Origin: a virus
Taxonomy: Duplodnaviria > Caudoviricetes
Direction: 5' to 3' (one strand)
DNA length: 64,000 nt
IMG/VR virus record: IMGVR_UViG_3300028610_002065
Span: 8,182-72,181 of that record
A program made the position numbers and the translations under genes. The first letter of the stretch is position 1; the number at the start of each line of letters is the position of its first letter. Of this stretch, positions 53,175 to 63,690 are shown piece by piece. The notes under the pieces are model-generated. The model was not told where the DNA came from. It worked only from the letters and a program-made list of their open reading frames with translations, and made no database searches.

Positions 53175-53869
53175 TATTTTTTGGCCCTCCGACTTGCAGT
53201 AAATTCTTTTTCCATTCTTCCGACTGCTCTTCCGACTGCTCTTTTCTGCTGTCTCTTGCGAAATCCTTCAAGGTTCTTTTCAGCTCGTTTAATCTTCTTT
53301 TTTGTAGGTCTGATTCTTTCATATTCTTTTGAGCCTTTTCTATATTTTGATAATTTCTCAATAGATCTTTTTCCATAAAGACCTTTGGTTATATTAGATA
53401 ATTCTTTTTCCCTTCGGAGAACTTCATCTGAAGCGTGGCTTACTCCTTTTACTTTTCTTGATAGAGCTCGTTGTCTTATTCCCACTCCTTTTTTCTTACT
53501 TATTGTAAATTCATCAGCTTCATGCCTTTTTGTAATTGCTCCCAGTGTCTTTTCTTTAGGTTTTAAATGTTTCTTTTTAACAGCATGTATTGTTTTAGTA
53601 CTTACATCTGTATGTGCCTGCATGGGATCTTTGATGTATTTGCTTGGCGGAAACCAAACCTGTTTAGAATATTTACCACTTGTTTTTCCACCAGCTTTCC
53701 TTATCTTTTGAGCAGTTCCTTTTTCAACTCCCTTTGTCCATTGACTTTGAGTTTTATGGAGCCGACCTTTCTTTATTCTTTTTAAATCACTTGCCTTTAA
53801 TTTACCAGCAGCGAGCATCCTCTTCCATTTGGACTCATATAAGTAATCTAAATAATCATCAAGTAACAT
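53174..53869 (-). CDS. Highly basic protein, possible internal virion protein
   Basis: Roughly 30% K+R by eye, with a short acidic leader MLLDDYLDYLYE. Confidence 0.5.
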   Translation of the reverse strand: MLLDDYLDYLYESKWKRMLAAGKLKASDLKRIKKGRLHKTQSQWTKGVEKGTAQKIRKAGGKTSGKYSKQVWFPPSKYIKDPMQAHTDVSTKTIHAVKKKHLKPKEKTLGAITKRHEADEFTISKKKGVGIRQRALSRKVKGVSHASDEVLRREKELSNITKGLYGKRSIEKLSKYRKGSKEYERIRPTKKKIKRAEKNLEGFRKRQQKRAVGRAVGRMEKEFTASRRAKK

Positions 53870-53873
53870 TTTA

Positions 53874-56800
53874 TTATCTCTCCAACATTAATGAAACAAA
53901 ATATGAATTTAATAAATCTCGACCTGGAGATACCTTTGGTTCTTTGTATTCAGCTTCTCCTTTTTGAATAATCTCTGCTAAAATTTCTTCTCTTGTTATA
54001 TAATCATCTGATAATGGTCCCATAAACTCTGCTAATACATGAGGTGCATTATAAGAGATGAATGAATAGGTATCGAGTTCTCCTAATCTTTGACCACCCT
54101 CACGCCTTTTGCCAGAAGTAGGTTGTCCTGTTTTTCCAGTTACAGGTCCAGTACTTCTGCCATAAATTTTTTCTGCTCCAAGATGTTCAAGTTTTGAAAT
54201 ATACATGTAACCACAAGGAACTTCTCTTAATGTTTTTGTATTGTATTCAGGCAACGTTAATCTATATCCTGATTTTAACCCCAATGATTTCAAAGCATTT
54301 TCGATATGTTTGTTATTTGGTGCTTGAAATGGTGGAATGATTATTGGATAAAATCCAGTTTTCTTAACTTGCTCAACTAACTTTTTAAATTGTATAGGTG
54401 GTAATCTATTCAGACCCGCTACTAATATGCCTGTATTTCGTCTGTTCGGTGAAGTATCAAGTTGAGAATATATCCTTTTGATTAAATCAATTATCTTCGT
54501 TTTAGTGGTCATTGTAACAATCAGTCTACCCATTTCTTTTGAAATTAATCCTGTATATAACTCATACATTTGACTAATGTTCATTCTGTTTAGAACACCA
54601 ATTGGATTTAATACTACTTCAATGATATCTCCATTTGGCATTCTCGGCATCATATTATCTGGTTCTACCAATGATATAATTCCTTTGTTTCCATAACGAC
54701 CAGCAAGTTTATCACCAACACCAACTCTTAACTCCTGTTCAACTTTAAATTTAATTAAAACTCCTTTTATTGTTTCACCTTTAAAAGAGAACTTTTCTCT
54801 TGGAATTTTTCCGTGTCTTTTAGCTGTTCTATCAGCATGATCTTTTATTTTTGGAAATTTACTTGGTGCAACATTTGAGTAAACTTGAATATCAACTATT
54901 TTTCCACCTGGACTTTTCTTTACAAATTGACCGGCAAATAAATCAGTTGATTCATCCTCTTCGAAACCAATGATTTCTTCTACATCTCCCATTGTTTTTC
55001 TAAGCAGAGGTTGTCCTTTTTCAATGTACTGACCTATTTCTCCTATGAACATAATTCTATCATTTTCTGATACTAAAACTTCTTCTTCAATACCATGTAG
55101 AGATGTTAATTTATCTTGATCAGACACACTTTGACTAATAACAATTCCATCTTCAAAATTATATCCTTTGTATGGCATCATTGCGACTAATAATGGACGA
55201 CCCAATGAGATGGTACCATCAGACATACAAGCACCTTCAGCAATAACTTTTCCTTTTTTAACTACATCTCCCGCTTTAACAATAGGAGTAAAAACACTAA
55301 GAGTATTTTTTCCAGATCCTGATTTTAAATGTGCTGGTGTAATATCAATTGCTTGACTTTTATTTCCACACTTTACATATATTGCATGTTCAGTTATTCT
55401 GGTAATCTTTCCATCACACGGAGATTTCTTAACAAAACTATTTGATAACACTCCAGTTAATATTGATTCATAACCTGATTGAACTGGAGGACTTTGAGGA
55501 TTCTTTAGTGGTAATGATTGTTTAGCTTGATTAGTTGCCATAATAACTCTAGCACCATCTGTGTTTTCAATGAATGGAATCATTGCAGATGTAGTTGATA
55601 ACATTCCACTACCTTCATTGTTACTTATAACTTTTTCAGCAAATAATCCTCTTGAAGATGATACCATTGCATCGACTGTTAGTTGTTGAATCAGTCCAAT
55701 GTTTTCACTCTCTGGTGTGTCAAGAGGATCTATATTACCAAAGTATGTTGGATGTAAATTTCTTGCTGCTTGAGAGATTGCTCTTTTATCAGGAATACCT
55801 CCAACCTTCTTTCCAACTGGAGATGTTCTTGTCATAGTTGCCATTTCTTCTATTGGATTTGCATATTCCATATTAACAACTAATTCTGTCATTAAGAAAT
55901 CACTTAATACTTTTGTTGGAGAAATGACGAACTCTGCTTCTTCGTTACCCGACAAAACCTGCGCTTTATATGTCGTGTAAGCAGCAAGAATTTGTTTTTG
56001 TGCTAAATGAACTAAGACTTCTGAATTTCTTATTCTTAAATTACTAAGATCATTTCGTTCAATAACATATCCTTCAACAACTTTAGCTGCCATATATTGC
56101 ATGACTTTTTCTAATTCAAATGGTAGTTGCTTATTTTTTAGAACTTGATTTACAACAGGATCAATAACATTCTTTACTTGTTGTCCTATTTGAAATGTTG
56201 AATTGATTCTTCCTGTATGCTCAATAATCCACTTCTCAAAAAAATCTTTTGTTCCAAAATCTGAAGTTGTTTTAAATCTTTCAATTTTAGCATGTAAGAA
56301 TGATTGACACATTTGCCTTTTTAATTCAGTATCAGCATTGGTGAATACAATGAATCTTCCATCGGGTATCTTGCTTACAAACTCTTGACCTTTTGGTTTT
56401 GTCTCTGTAAGTTCATATTTAATTTTATATCTTTTAAGGGTTTCATCAAATCCAAATGCATATGATAATAGAAAGATTAGAGGCATTTTATAAGTCATGA
56501 ATCCTTCAAGATACTTTTCACGACGAAGGTGTTTGGAGTAAATTCTAAATACTGAATATGAACTTTCAAATCTAGACTCACCTGGTTTTGGGAATGTTAT
56601 TGGGCATTGTGTTAATTGATTAATAAGGCATTTCTTTTGACCATATAGATTGAATGTTCCAGTGTTAGGATCAATTCTTGGAAGTTCTATTGAAATATTA
56701 TGAGTATTTCCAAACTCATCTTTAAGCGTAATTTTAGCAATATTGATATCTGATTTCATTAACTCACCAGACCTTTGAGGTTTTGGAGTTAAATTTATTT

Positions 56801-57953
56801 TTACAAATTTTATTGGAATATCTTCTTTCTCTAATACTTTAAATGAATTAGTTAAATCCTTTTTTAGGTTCTTCTCAAAGTCTAGTTTTCTTTTTTCATA
56901 CACATGCTCAGGAGATTTGTTTCCTACTATTTTTTCAGGACTGTAAGCAGCCACGCTTGGATCTGTACTATAACTAACTGTTTTCTGTGGTTTTATTATT
57001 TCGCCTGCAAAGTTTTTGTTTACAGCTTTAAGAGCTGCCAATTTTCTATTATTTGGAATGCTTTGTGTAATAGCTTTTGCTTTATCAAAGTCTCCACTAA
57101 CTCCAGCGAGAATTGATGCAGTAGCAACATCTGTTACTTCATCTTTTGTTACATCGCCAGATGTTATTTTAATAGTTTCATCTTCATCTCTTTTTAGAAA
57201 GTCTTCAATAGCACCACGAACTTGAGGTGTAGTTCCTCCCAATTGTTTATCAACAACTCTCGAAACAATATTAGCTGCTGTTTTTGTGCTTGATTGTATC
57301 TCTTGATCTGCGGGAGTACTCTTAACAGTTTTGAGATAGTGCACAACCCTTTGAAATTGAAATTCTCCATCTTTAATTAAGAGTCTATATCTTGGAAAGT
57401 CACCCATATAAGACATCATCATATGATCGAAAGGCAAAGTTTCGCCCTTTTTAATTTCTCTGATTAATGGAAATGATTTTCGATTTACAAAAGAGTTCAT
57501 TGCTTTTTTAGTATCAACAGAATAAAGTAATATCTTTTGATAGTTTCCGGGGAATCTTCCAAATGCTTCAGTTAAAGCATTTAATATTAAGAAACCAGTT
57601 CTTTGTCTATATGTAGTTGGTTTATATATGAGATCAATTGCTCTCAAATAGTTTGATAGATCAACAATTATATTTTTATTTGCAGGAACTTTTTGTTGCA
57701 TTGGATAAGGAATCAAACCAGAATTTTTATATAGTTTTCTTAATTCAGAAGTCAATCTTGTTCTGGGTATTTTAGTTGTAGGGACTACAAGTAGACGAAA
57801 ATCAACACGCTTCATATTCATACGAGAATAGTCATCTATGAATAAAGAATTCTCTCCAAGATAAACTAATAGAAAAGGGTTTTTTACATTTTCTGGAAAT
57901 CTCACACCATCAACTAAATGTGTGTATTGTTTCCAACTTTTAAACTGAATCAT
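53874..57953 (-). CDS. rpoB: Multisubunit RNA polymerase beta-like subunit, set 2 (probable virion RNAP)
   Basis: GNIDPLDTPES, PFIENTDGARVIMATNQAKQ, GYNFEDGIV, GDKLAGRYGNKGII, GGQRLGELD; ~350-aa N-terminal extension. Confidence 0.93.
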   Translation of the reverse strand: MIQFKSWKQYTHLVDGVRFPENVKNPFLLVYLGENSLFIDDYSRMNMKRVDFRLLVVPTTKIPRTRLTSELRKLYKNSGLIPYPMQQKVPANKNIIVDLSNYLRAIDLIYKPTTYRQRTGFLILNALTEAFGRFPGNYQKILLYSVDTKKAMNSFVNRKSFPLIREIKKGETLPFDHMMMSYMGDFPRYRLLIKDGEFQFQRVVHYLKTVKSTPADQEIQSSTKTAANIVSRVVDKQLGGTTPQVRGAIEDFLKRDEDETIKITSGDVTKDEVTDVATASILAGVSGDFDKAKAITQSIPNNRKLAALKAVNKNFAGEIIKPQKTVSYSTDPSVAAYSPEKIVGNKSPEHVYEKRKLDFEKNLKKDLTNSFKVLEKEDIPIKFVKINLTPKPQRSGELMKSDINIAKITLKDEFGNTHNISIELPRIDPNTGTFNLYGQKKCLINQLTQCPITFPKPGESRFESSYSVFRIYSKHLRREKYLEGFMTYKMPLIFLLSYAFGFDETLKRYKIKYELTETKPKGQEFVSKIPDGRFIVFTNADTELKRQMCQSFLHAKIERFKTTSDFGTKDFFEKWIIEHTGRINSTFQIGQQVKNVIDPVVNQVLKNKQLPFELEKVMQYMAAKVVEGYVIERNDLSNLRIRNSEVLVHLAQKQILAAYTTYKAQVLSGNEEAEFVISPTKVLSDFLMTELVVNMEYANPIEEMATMTRTSPVGKKVGGIPDKRAISQAARNLHPTYFGNIDPLDTPESENIGLIQQLTVDAMVSSSRGLFAEKVISNNEGSGMLSTTSAMIPFIENTDGARVIMATNQAKQSLPLKNPQSPPVQSGYESILTGVLSNSFVKKSPCDGKITRITEHAIYVKCGNKSQAIDITPAHLKSGSGKNTLSVFTPIVKAGDVVKKGKVIAEGACMSDGTISLGRPLLVAMMPYKGYNFEDGIVISQSVSDQDKLTSLHGIEEEVLVSENDRIMFIGEIGQYIEKGQPLLRKTMGDVEEIIGFEEDESTDLFAGQFVKKSPGGKIVDIQVYSNVAPSKFPKIKDHADRTAKRHGKIPREKFSFKGETIKGVLIKFKVEQELRVGVGDKLAGRYGNKGIISLVEPDNMMPRMPNGDIIEVVLNPIGVLNRMNISQMYELYTGLISKEMGRLIVTMTTKTKIIDLIKRIYSQLDTSPNRRNTGILVAGLNRLPPIQFKKLVEQVKKTGFYPIIIPPFQAPNNKHIENALKSLGLKSGYRLTLPEYNTKTLREVPCGYMYISKLEHLGAEKIYGRSTGPVTGKTGQPTSGKRREGGQRLGELDTYSFISYNAPHVLAEFMGPLSDDYITREEILAEIIQKGEAEYKEPKVSPGRDLLNSYFVSLMLER

Positions 57954-57954
57954 T

Positions 57955-60900
57955 CTATTTCTCCGTCTCCACCAAAGTTCCTGTTAATACTCTTTCCAGC
58001 ACGCTTGGTTCTTCTGGTTCATCTGTAATTAATCCAGTTCTAATAGATTCATTAATATTCTCGAAAGCTAATCCTTGAACGAAACTAGTTTTGAATACAG
58101 TCTGTTTCATATTTATCAAAACTGGATTCCATCTTCTACCAAGTCTTGCAGGTATTGCTAAATTTGATTTGTCTCTTAGTACTTGAGAGATTAAAACTTC
58201 TAAGTGAACTGTATCAAAATTTCTAAGTGGACCATACACTCTAAACAACTTAGTGAATAAATGATTTGCATCTTTGAAGATTTCTCTACCACTAAGTAAT
58301 CTTTGCGTATATAGAACTTGCTCTTTCATATCTTCATGCTCTAATGAAGTTTCAAGTAAAGTACTGTTTTTCTTAAAATGTAGTTTATAAAATTCTTTAC
58401 CTATTTGTTCCATTTGATATATAGGAATTTCAACTGGGTAGTCCAAAATAATACTAAACATTGAATCTGGAAATTCAATTCTACATACTAATCCTTTTGC
58501 GCTCAAATATGTTTTCTCTTGATTTACTTTTAAGTCTCCAGGATTTGGATAGTCACCAATTGCAATTGTAATGGTACAATCGTTTTTTACAACTAAATTA
58601 TTTTCTTGTTGATATAAATTTTTAGTAACAGTCGATTTTACGACCATTGGGTCATTTTGAATAATGTCACCAGTGATATCTTTTGAGATAATATCTACAG
58701 CTCCGCCTGTATGGAAAGTTCTCATAATGGTTTGCGTTCCAGCTTCACCAATAAGTTGAGCAGAAATGATTCCAACATATGGACTCTTATGCCTTTCTAA
58801 TAATTTTCCATAACATGTATGACATAATTTTTTAGATTCACAAAATATTGGACTTCTTAAATTAATTACATCTCCAACCTTGTGATCGTTTTTATTAAAC
58901 TCAATAAGTTTCCCATTTTTAATAATATATCTTCCGTCTATCCTATCAATTAACATAGATGTTAATCTTTGATCTAAAGTTCTTTTTGTTTTACAATCTT
59001 TTAACATTCTATCAACTTCAACTGAGTTTGCTACATATGCTAATTGTCTAGACATATATCCCGTACTAGCTGTATTTAAAACTCTATCAATGATACCTCT
59101 TCTAGCTCCAGCCGCTTGTTTAAAGTAATCTTTATTTGACATACCTTCAGCAAATGATGCGTCTATTGGATCTAAAACTTTACCAGATGGATCTGCAACA
59201 ATTCCTTTTGCTACAAGAATTTGTCTAGTATTTCCCCATCCTTTTGCAGAACCAGATTCTTGTAAATCATGTAAACCAGTTCCTCTCATATGTTTTTCTA
59301 ACATTTTTTCTGATTTCTTTATTAGTACATCTGCTTCTTGTGTTGAAGTTCCTTTTATCTGTTTCTTTATTTGTAATATTTCAGATGGCAATTCAACATC
59401 GTCTAACGTAAACGATGGTGCTAAAATAGTAGCAAATTTGAATCCGAGTCTTTCTAAATGAGAAAATGTTTCAATGGTTTGTTTTTGTCCATACTTCTCT
59501 AAAACTATAGGAATAGTACCATTTATATATTTGCTAGTTACTACATTATTATAAAATGGCCATCCTGTTGGGAATGCATCATTAAAGATTGCTTTACCCA
59601 TTGTAGTATTACGTCCTTTATATCTCACAGGAATATAAGGATCACTTGCTTTGGCAAGGTCTTCTTTACTAACAGCTATTGGAGAACTCGTCTTTTTAAT
59701 ATTTTTAGTCATTCCATATAGTCCAACAAGCATCTCTTTAGTAAATGAAAAATTAACTGAATGGGCATTATCTGAGCTTTCAGATTTCAACATTTTTTTG
59801 ATAACTTCTTCTTGTGACTCATTAGTAATGGGATGATATATTGCCATTGTATCTCCATCAAAGTCAGCATTAAAACCACCAACTTGAAGAGTACATAACT
59901 GAACAGTATTACCTGTTATAAGTATTGGGACAAATGGTCTAACACTTTCTGGTTGTAAAACAGGATCTCGTTTTGCAAGTACAACTCTCCCCTTCATAGC
60001 TACTTCAGTAATTTCAAATATTATATCAAACAATGCTTTTGGTATTTTATCTCCACTATGAATTGCTTTGAATACAGCTCGGATGCTATCAATAGAAAGT
60101 TCAAGTTTTATAAAGGATTTTATCTCCTTACCTAATTTTTCTAAAGCAGGTTTATTATAGTTAAATATTCTATGTAGTATGAATGGTTCAAATAATTTTA
60201 CAGCTAACCTTAGAGGCATACCAATCTCATTTACTTTTAACTGTGGACCTGGTGTTACGACCGCACGTCCAGAAAAGTCGGTACGCTTTCCTAATAATTG
60301 TGAACGTATCAACCCCCTTTTCTTTTGAATGAGTTTACGGACAAATTTATCATGTTCTAATACGGATTTTTGAAGTTCATAATTAAGGAGATCAAATAAA
60401 GGACCAGCTTTAGAAGCTCCTTTCATTTGAACTGATTTTCGTAATAGAACCGTATAGTAATCATTCAATGGATCTATGACCCACATTCCTTTTTGGTCTT
60501 GATAAGCCGGTCTTTGATCGGGTGGAATAACAGGTATGTCTTCAATAACAAGTGTGTTCTCAGAGAATGCTTGTTTAATCTTAATTATAAAATTTTCTCT
60601 GTCAGTAGTTCCGCCTCTAAATTTAATCTTTGGAAATATTTTAATAAATTCAGATATACCTGTAATACCATCAGGATCTCTTACTAGTGTACCTCTGCTA
60701 TCAACAGAAAAGGTTTCCTGTGATGAAAGAAACTCTTGAATCTTCATATCCAACTTTATCAAAAGTCCATATGCAGTTGGATGAATAACTCTAGAATTTA
60801 ATTTGATAAAAGAAAATGTCTTTTTTCTATCAACTGATTCTTCTGGTCCAAAAATTGATTCAGAAAATAATCCATCAGAATGATATTCTCCAGGTTTGGA

Positions 60901-60969
60901 AAACATTTCTGCAGATGTGACTGGCTTCAAACCTCTTTTAAATTTGTTAAGGTCTAAGAATTCTATCAC
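57955..60969 (-). CDS. rpoC: Multisubunit RNA polymerase beta'-like subunit, set 2
   Basis: GLFSESIFG, VIPPDQRP, LGKRTDFSGRAVV, FNADFDGD, TASTGYMSRQL, TQTIMRTFHTGG; no N-terminal Cys4 zinc finger. Confidence 0.95.
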   Translation of the reverse strand: MIEFLDLNKFKRGLKPVTSAEMFSKPGEYHSDGLFSESIFGPEESVDRKKTFSFIKLNSRVIHPTAYGLLIKLDMKIQEFLSSQETFSVDSRGTLVRDPDGITGISEFIKIFPKIKFRGGTTDRENFIIKIKQAFSENTLVIEDIPVIPPDQRPAYQDQKGMWVIDPLNDYYTVLLRKSVQMKGASKAGPLFDLLNYELQKSVLEHDKFVRKLIQKKRGLIRSQLLGKRTDFSGRAVVTPGPQLKVNEIGMPLRLAVKLFEPFILHRIFNYNKPALEKLGKEIKSFIKLELSIDSIRAVFKAIHSGDKIPKALFDIIFEITEVAMKGRVVLAKRDPVLQPESVRPFVPILITGNTVQLCTLQVGGFNADFDGDTMAIYHPITNESQEEVIKKMLKSESSDNAHSVNFSFTKEMLVGLYGMTKNIKKTSSPIAVSKEDLAKASDPYIPVRYKGRNTTMGKAIFNDAFPTGWPFYNNVVTSKYINGTIPIVLEKYGQKQTIETFSHLERLGFKFATILAPSFTLDDVELPSEILQIKKQIKGTSTQEADVLIKKSEKMLEKHMRGTGLHDLQESGSAKGWGNTRQILVAKGIVADPSGKVLDPIDASFAEGMSNKDYFKQAAGARRGIIDRVLNTASTGYMSRQLAYVANSVEVDRMLKDCKTKRTLDQRLTSMLIDRIDGRYIIKNGKLIEFNKNDHKVGDVINLRSPIFCESKKLCHTCYGKLLERHKSPYVGIISAQLIGEAGTQTIMRTFHTGGAVDIISKDITGDIIQNDPMVVKSTVTKNLYQQENNLVVKNDCTITIAIGDYPNPGDLKVNQEKTYLSAKGLVCRIEFPDSMFSIILDYPVEIPIYQMEQIGKEFYKLHFKKNSTLLETSLEHEDMKEQVLYTQRLLSGREIFKDANHLFTKLFRVYGPLRNFDTVHLEVLISQVLRDKSNLAIPARLGRRWNPVLINMKQTVFKTSFVQGLAFENINESIRTGLITDEPEEPSVLERVLTGTLVETEK

Positions 60970-61464
60970 TTATGCACTTTCTCCTGTTTTGCTAAGAACT
61001 AGATATTTTCTAATATTTTTAAACATATTTGTTATTTTAGCTTTCCTAGCAGCTGCTGATGCAGGTTTAGGAACATTTTTAACAAATGTATTATGTTTAT
61101 GATTTAATCTGTTTAACATTCCTTGAATATCGTTTACATCAAATCTGCCATCGCTTGTCAGTTTTTCTGCCATCTTAATTGATAAATGAATGACCTTCGG
61201 ATCTTCCATTCCATATCTGTTACAAACTGGAAATAAGTATGCAGAAGTATCTCTACCAATCGGATTTAACTTCATGAAACAGGCAGGTTTCATTCCATAA
61301 AGCCGATCTCGCATATCTTTTTTAAGAAGATACCCTATGCTTTGATCTGGGTTTATCAACTCATTTGCTCTTCTGATTAATTCAGAAAGGTTTTCTAATT
61401 CTTCTTGTATAAAATTATCTCTCATTGTCCTCCCTCCAGCGCTGAGGTTATAGCAAACTATCAT
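60970..61464 (-). CDS. Hypothetical protein (start may be MRDNF)
   Basis: GGAGG RBS before the internal Met; first gene of the block. Confidence 0.6.
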   Translation of the reverse strand: MIVCYNLSAGGRTMRDNFIQEELENLSELIRRANELINPDQSIGYLLKKDMRDRLYGMKPACFMKLNPIGRDTSAYLFPVCNRYGMEDPKVIHLSIKMAEKLTSDGRFDVNDIQGMLNRLNHKHNTFVKNVPKPASAAARKAKITNMFKNIRKYLVLSKTGESA

Positions 61465-61490
61465 TATTTTGTTCTAAAAATGACTTTAGC

Positions 61491-61567
61491 AAAAAAATGG
61501 AGCGGGAAAGTTAATGCTCCTTTGGTGATCTAGAATATCCTCAAGAACCTTTCCCGCACATTTTTTT
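61491..61567 (-). terminator. Large-loop terminator-like hairpin with U7 tail
   Basis: GCGGGAAAG/CTTTCCCGC stem flanked by A7 and T7; 3' end CCCGCTCCATTTTTTT resembles that of the 8601-8646 hairpin. Confidence 0.65.
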
Positions 61568-63008
61568 AAAAATCAGCATTCATTAGTTTGGTCATTTCGT
61601 CAACATACGGAGTCATATGACCTGCAAAATAGAGAGTATAGAATCGAATCATATCTTGCTCGATTTTTGATAATGGAATACCACCCATTTTATTTCCAGT
61701 TAAGATATCACAAAAATCAACTCTAGATACTCTTCCAACATAATGACATAGGAGATTGTGAGGCAGGATTTTTGTATTGAATCCATAGAAATTCAAAACC
61801 TCTTGTTGAATGTTTATATAATCATGAACTGCTTTGATCTTATATGTCGTTGATATAGACGGGCTTCTTAAAGGATAAAAATTAAGAAGTGAGATCATGT
61901 TCTTATATTCGCTTCCGAAAACCTTTCTCATGAGAGTTTGAATATAAGCAGCAAGAACTGCAGCATGCTCTGGAGATAATGTCTTAAAATGATGGTATGG
62001 AATTGAGGTCATCTGAGACAATAGTGGAAAAACCAACGTCTCGCATAAAGGAGAAGTGTAGTTAATCCCAGAAGCACGTTCATGAAAAGATACAATAAAT
62101 TCATCGTCATCAATTTTCTCCATGTCCATTGTACCTTGCCGTTGTAGTTGTTCGTAAATTTTTTCATATGCAATACCCTTTAACCTTCCAAGAGTATCGT
62201 TGTAACTATATGTTTTGAGGTTATCTGTATTGATTCCCTGTATATCCTCAGTTGATATACTATCGTCATATACGATTGACCCCTTATAAACTGATCTCAA
62301 GAACCACTTAACTGATTCATCAATTACGCCAACAAAATATGTAATTGGATTTTTGTTTTCCTCACAAAGGACAAGAATATTATTCATAATAAAATTAAAT
62401 ATTTCAATAATATGAACTCCAATATCCTTACCCTGAACATTTTTGATATACTCCCACATGAATCTATCTGTAAGATTATATCTAAAAGTCTTTGTTTTAA
62501 TTACATCATAAATTTTTCGAACTACATCGGTCTCGACTATTTCAGATGCCATCTTATTATAGACTTCACGATGTAATGTTTGCCCCAATTTAAGTTTTTC
62601 ACTATTGAAAATAACTGAATAAATTTTAAGGTAACACGATAACTGAAGGATTTTTTGAATCTCTTCGGGTTGAAATAGAATGGAATTTTTCTTTATCTTA
62701 GTTACATCTACAAACTGACTGTAGTCAACGCCATTCGAATCCAAATAGTCATTAACATAATCTTTGATGAGTTGTATACTATCGACTACAGTCTGAGGAC
62801 GCTTGTCAGGATCCTCACAATCAGATAAAAATTTCATGAACCAGTCACCGAATCCCTCCCCGCAATGTTCGGCAACTCTCTCTATGAATTTTGTCACAAT
62901 AAAAAATTTATTTGTGATTGAGGAAGGTGAGAGAAAGAGTTTTATTGGTTCGTAATCTCCATTAGTCACTAACCATTCTTTCGGGCCATTCTGCTTAATC
63001 TTAACCAA
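61566..63008 (-). CDS. Hypothetical all-helical protein, candidate sigma-like promoter-specificity subunit
   Basis: 480 aa; NPITYFVGVIDESVKWFLRS resembles sigma region 2.3-2.4; TTG start with GGAGG RBS; next to RNAP genes. Confidence 0.35.
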   Translation of the reverse strand: MVKIKQNGPKEWLVTNGDYEPIKLFLSPSSITNKFFIVTKFIERVAEHCGEGFGDWFMKFLSDCEDPDKRPQTVVDSIQLIKDYVNDYLDSNGVDYSQFVDVTKIKKNSILFQPEEIQKILQLSCYLKIYSVIFNSEKLKLGQTLHREVYNKMASEIVETDVVRKIYDVIKTKTFRYNLTDRFMWEYIKNVQGKDIGVHIIEIFNFIMNNILVLCEENKNPITYFVGVIDESVKWFLRSVYKGSIVYDDSISTEDIQGINTDNLKTYSYNDTLGRLKGIAYEKIYEQLQRQGTMDMEKIDDDEFIVSFHERASGINYTSPLCETLVFPLLSQMTSIPYHHFKTLSPEHAAVLAAYIQTLMRKVFGSEYKNMISLLNFYPLRSPSISTTYKIKAVHDYINIQQEVLNFYGFNTKILPHNLLCHYVGRVSRVDFCDILTGNKMGGIPLSKIEQDMIRFYTLYFAGHMTPYVDEMTKLMNADF

Positions 63009-63031
63009 TCAATTACCTCCTTTTTAGTTTT

Positions 63032-63085
63032 GGCGCCCACCGGATTGGCTATGGTTGAGTGGAAGAAAACCATACGATGGGCGCC
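63032..63085 (-). promoter_or_regulatory. Stable GC-rich hairpin in the leader of the sigma-like gene
   Basis: GGCGCCCA/TGGGCGCC and TATGGTT/AACCATA stems ending ~11 nt before the RBS. Confidence 0.55.
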
Positions 63086-63113
63086 GGGGCTGGTTACCCC
63101 AAGATTTTTGTGG

Positions 63114-63656
63114 TTATTTATAGTAATAATTAACTGCATTAACAACATACGCACCAATTTGTACATTCCACTTAAAATGTATAAAGATTGCTGACATGTA
63201 TCCTAGCACTAGATATGACCCCATGTTATATTTGCGATACATTTTCATTCCAAATATTTGACAAGCTAAAGTTAAAAAATGTACACCGATACAAATAGCT
63301 CTCATTATATAATATATTGGATTAATTTCAAAATTAGTAAATCCAAACGTAATATATCTTGCAGCTTCTATTACTGAAAATATTGCTGTAAATGCAACTG
63401 CTAATGGAGTCCATAGAGCTAACATTAGAAATTTAAACGATTCTTCAACTATGGGAGCAATCCAAGCTGTTAGAAAAGGATTATCTCCAACAATAGAAGA
63501 CAAACCAAATTCAACAGAGATCAAACTATTCAATGAAACATGCATAAGTAAAATAAAAAACAAAATGAAACAAGGTAGATCAATCCATAAGTTATCTGAA
63601 AATTTTAAGTTCATATCCGCCCCCTTATAAAAATTTACGAAAGTATCTCTATCCAT
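63114..63656 (-). CDS. PrsW-like intramembrane glutamic protease
   Basis: Several TM helices with APIVEESFK, F..IE, GVH, IHFKWN motifs. Confidence 0.7.
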   Translation of the reverse strand: MDRDTFVNFYKGADMNLKFSDNLWIDLPCFILFFILLMHVSLNSLISVEFGLSSIVGDNPFLTAWIAPIVEESFKFLMLALWTPLAVAFTAIFSVIEAARYITFGFTNFEINPIYYIMRAICIGVHFLTLACQIFGMKMYRKYNMGSYLVLGYMSAIFIHFKWNVQIGAYVVNAVNYYYK

Positions 63657-63657
63657 A

Positions 63658-63674
63658 AATTAATATATATAGAA
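63658..63674 (-). promoter_or_regulatory. Second copy of the 17-bp repeat TTCTATATATATTAATT
   Basis: Exact match to 52260-52276. Confidence 0.45.
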
Positions 63675-63690
63675 CGGTAATTATTTAAAA

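Noticed and set aside
53874-57953. Intein or intron in the large beta subunit
   Set aside because: The extra length is N-terminal, the frame is continuous, and no splice-junction or LAGLIDADG motifs were seen.
123-61102. All plus-strand ORFs in the track and short minus-strand ORFs nested in long genes
   Set aside because: They lie antisense or out of frame within well-supported minus-strand genes and show no family motifs; treated as shadow ORFs.
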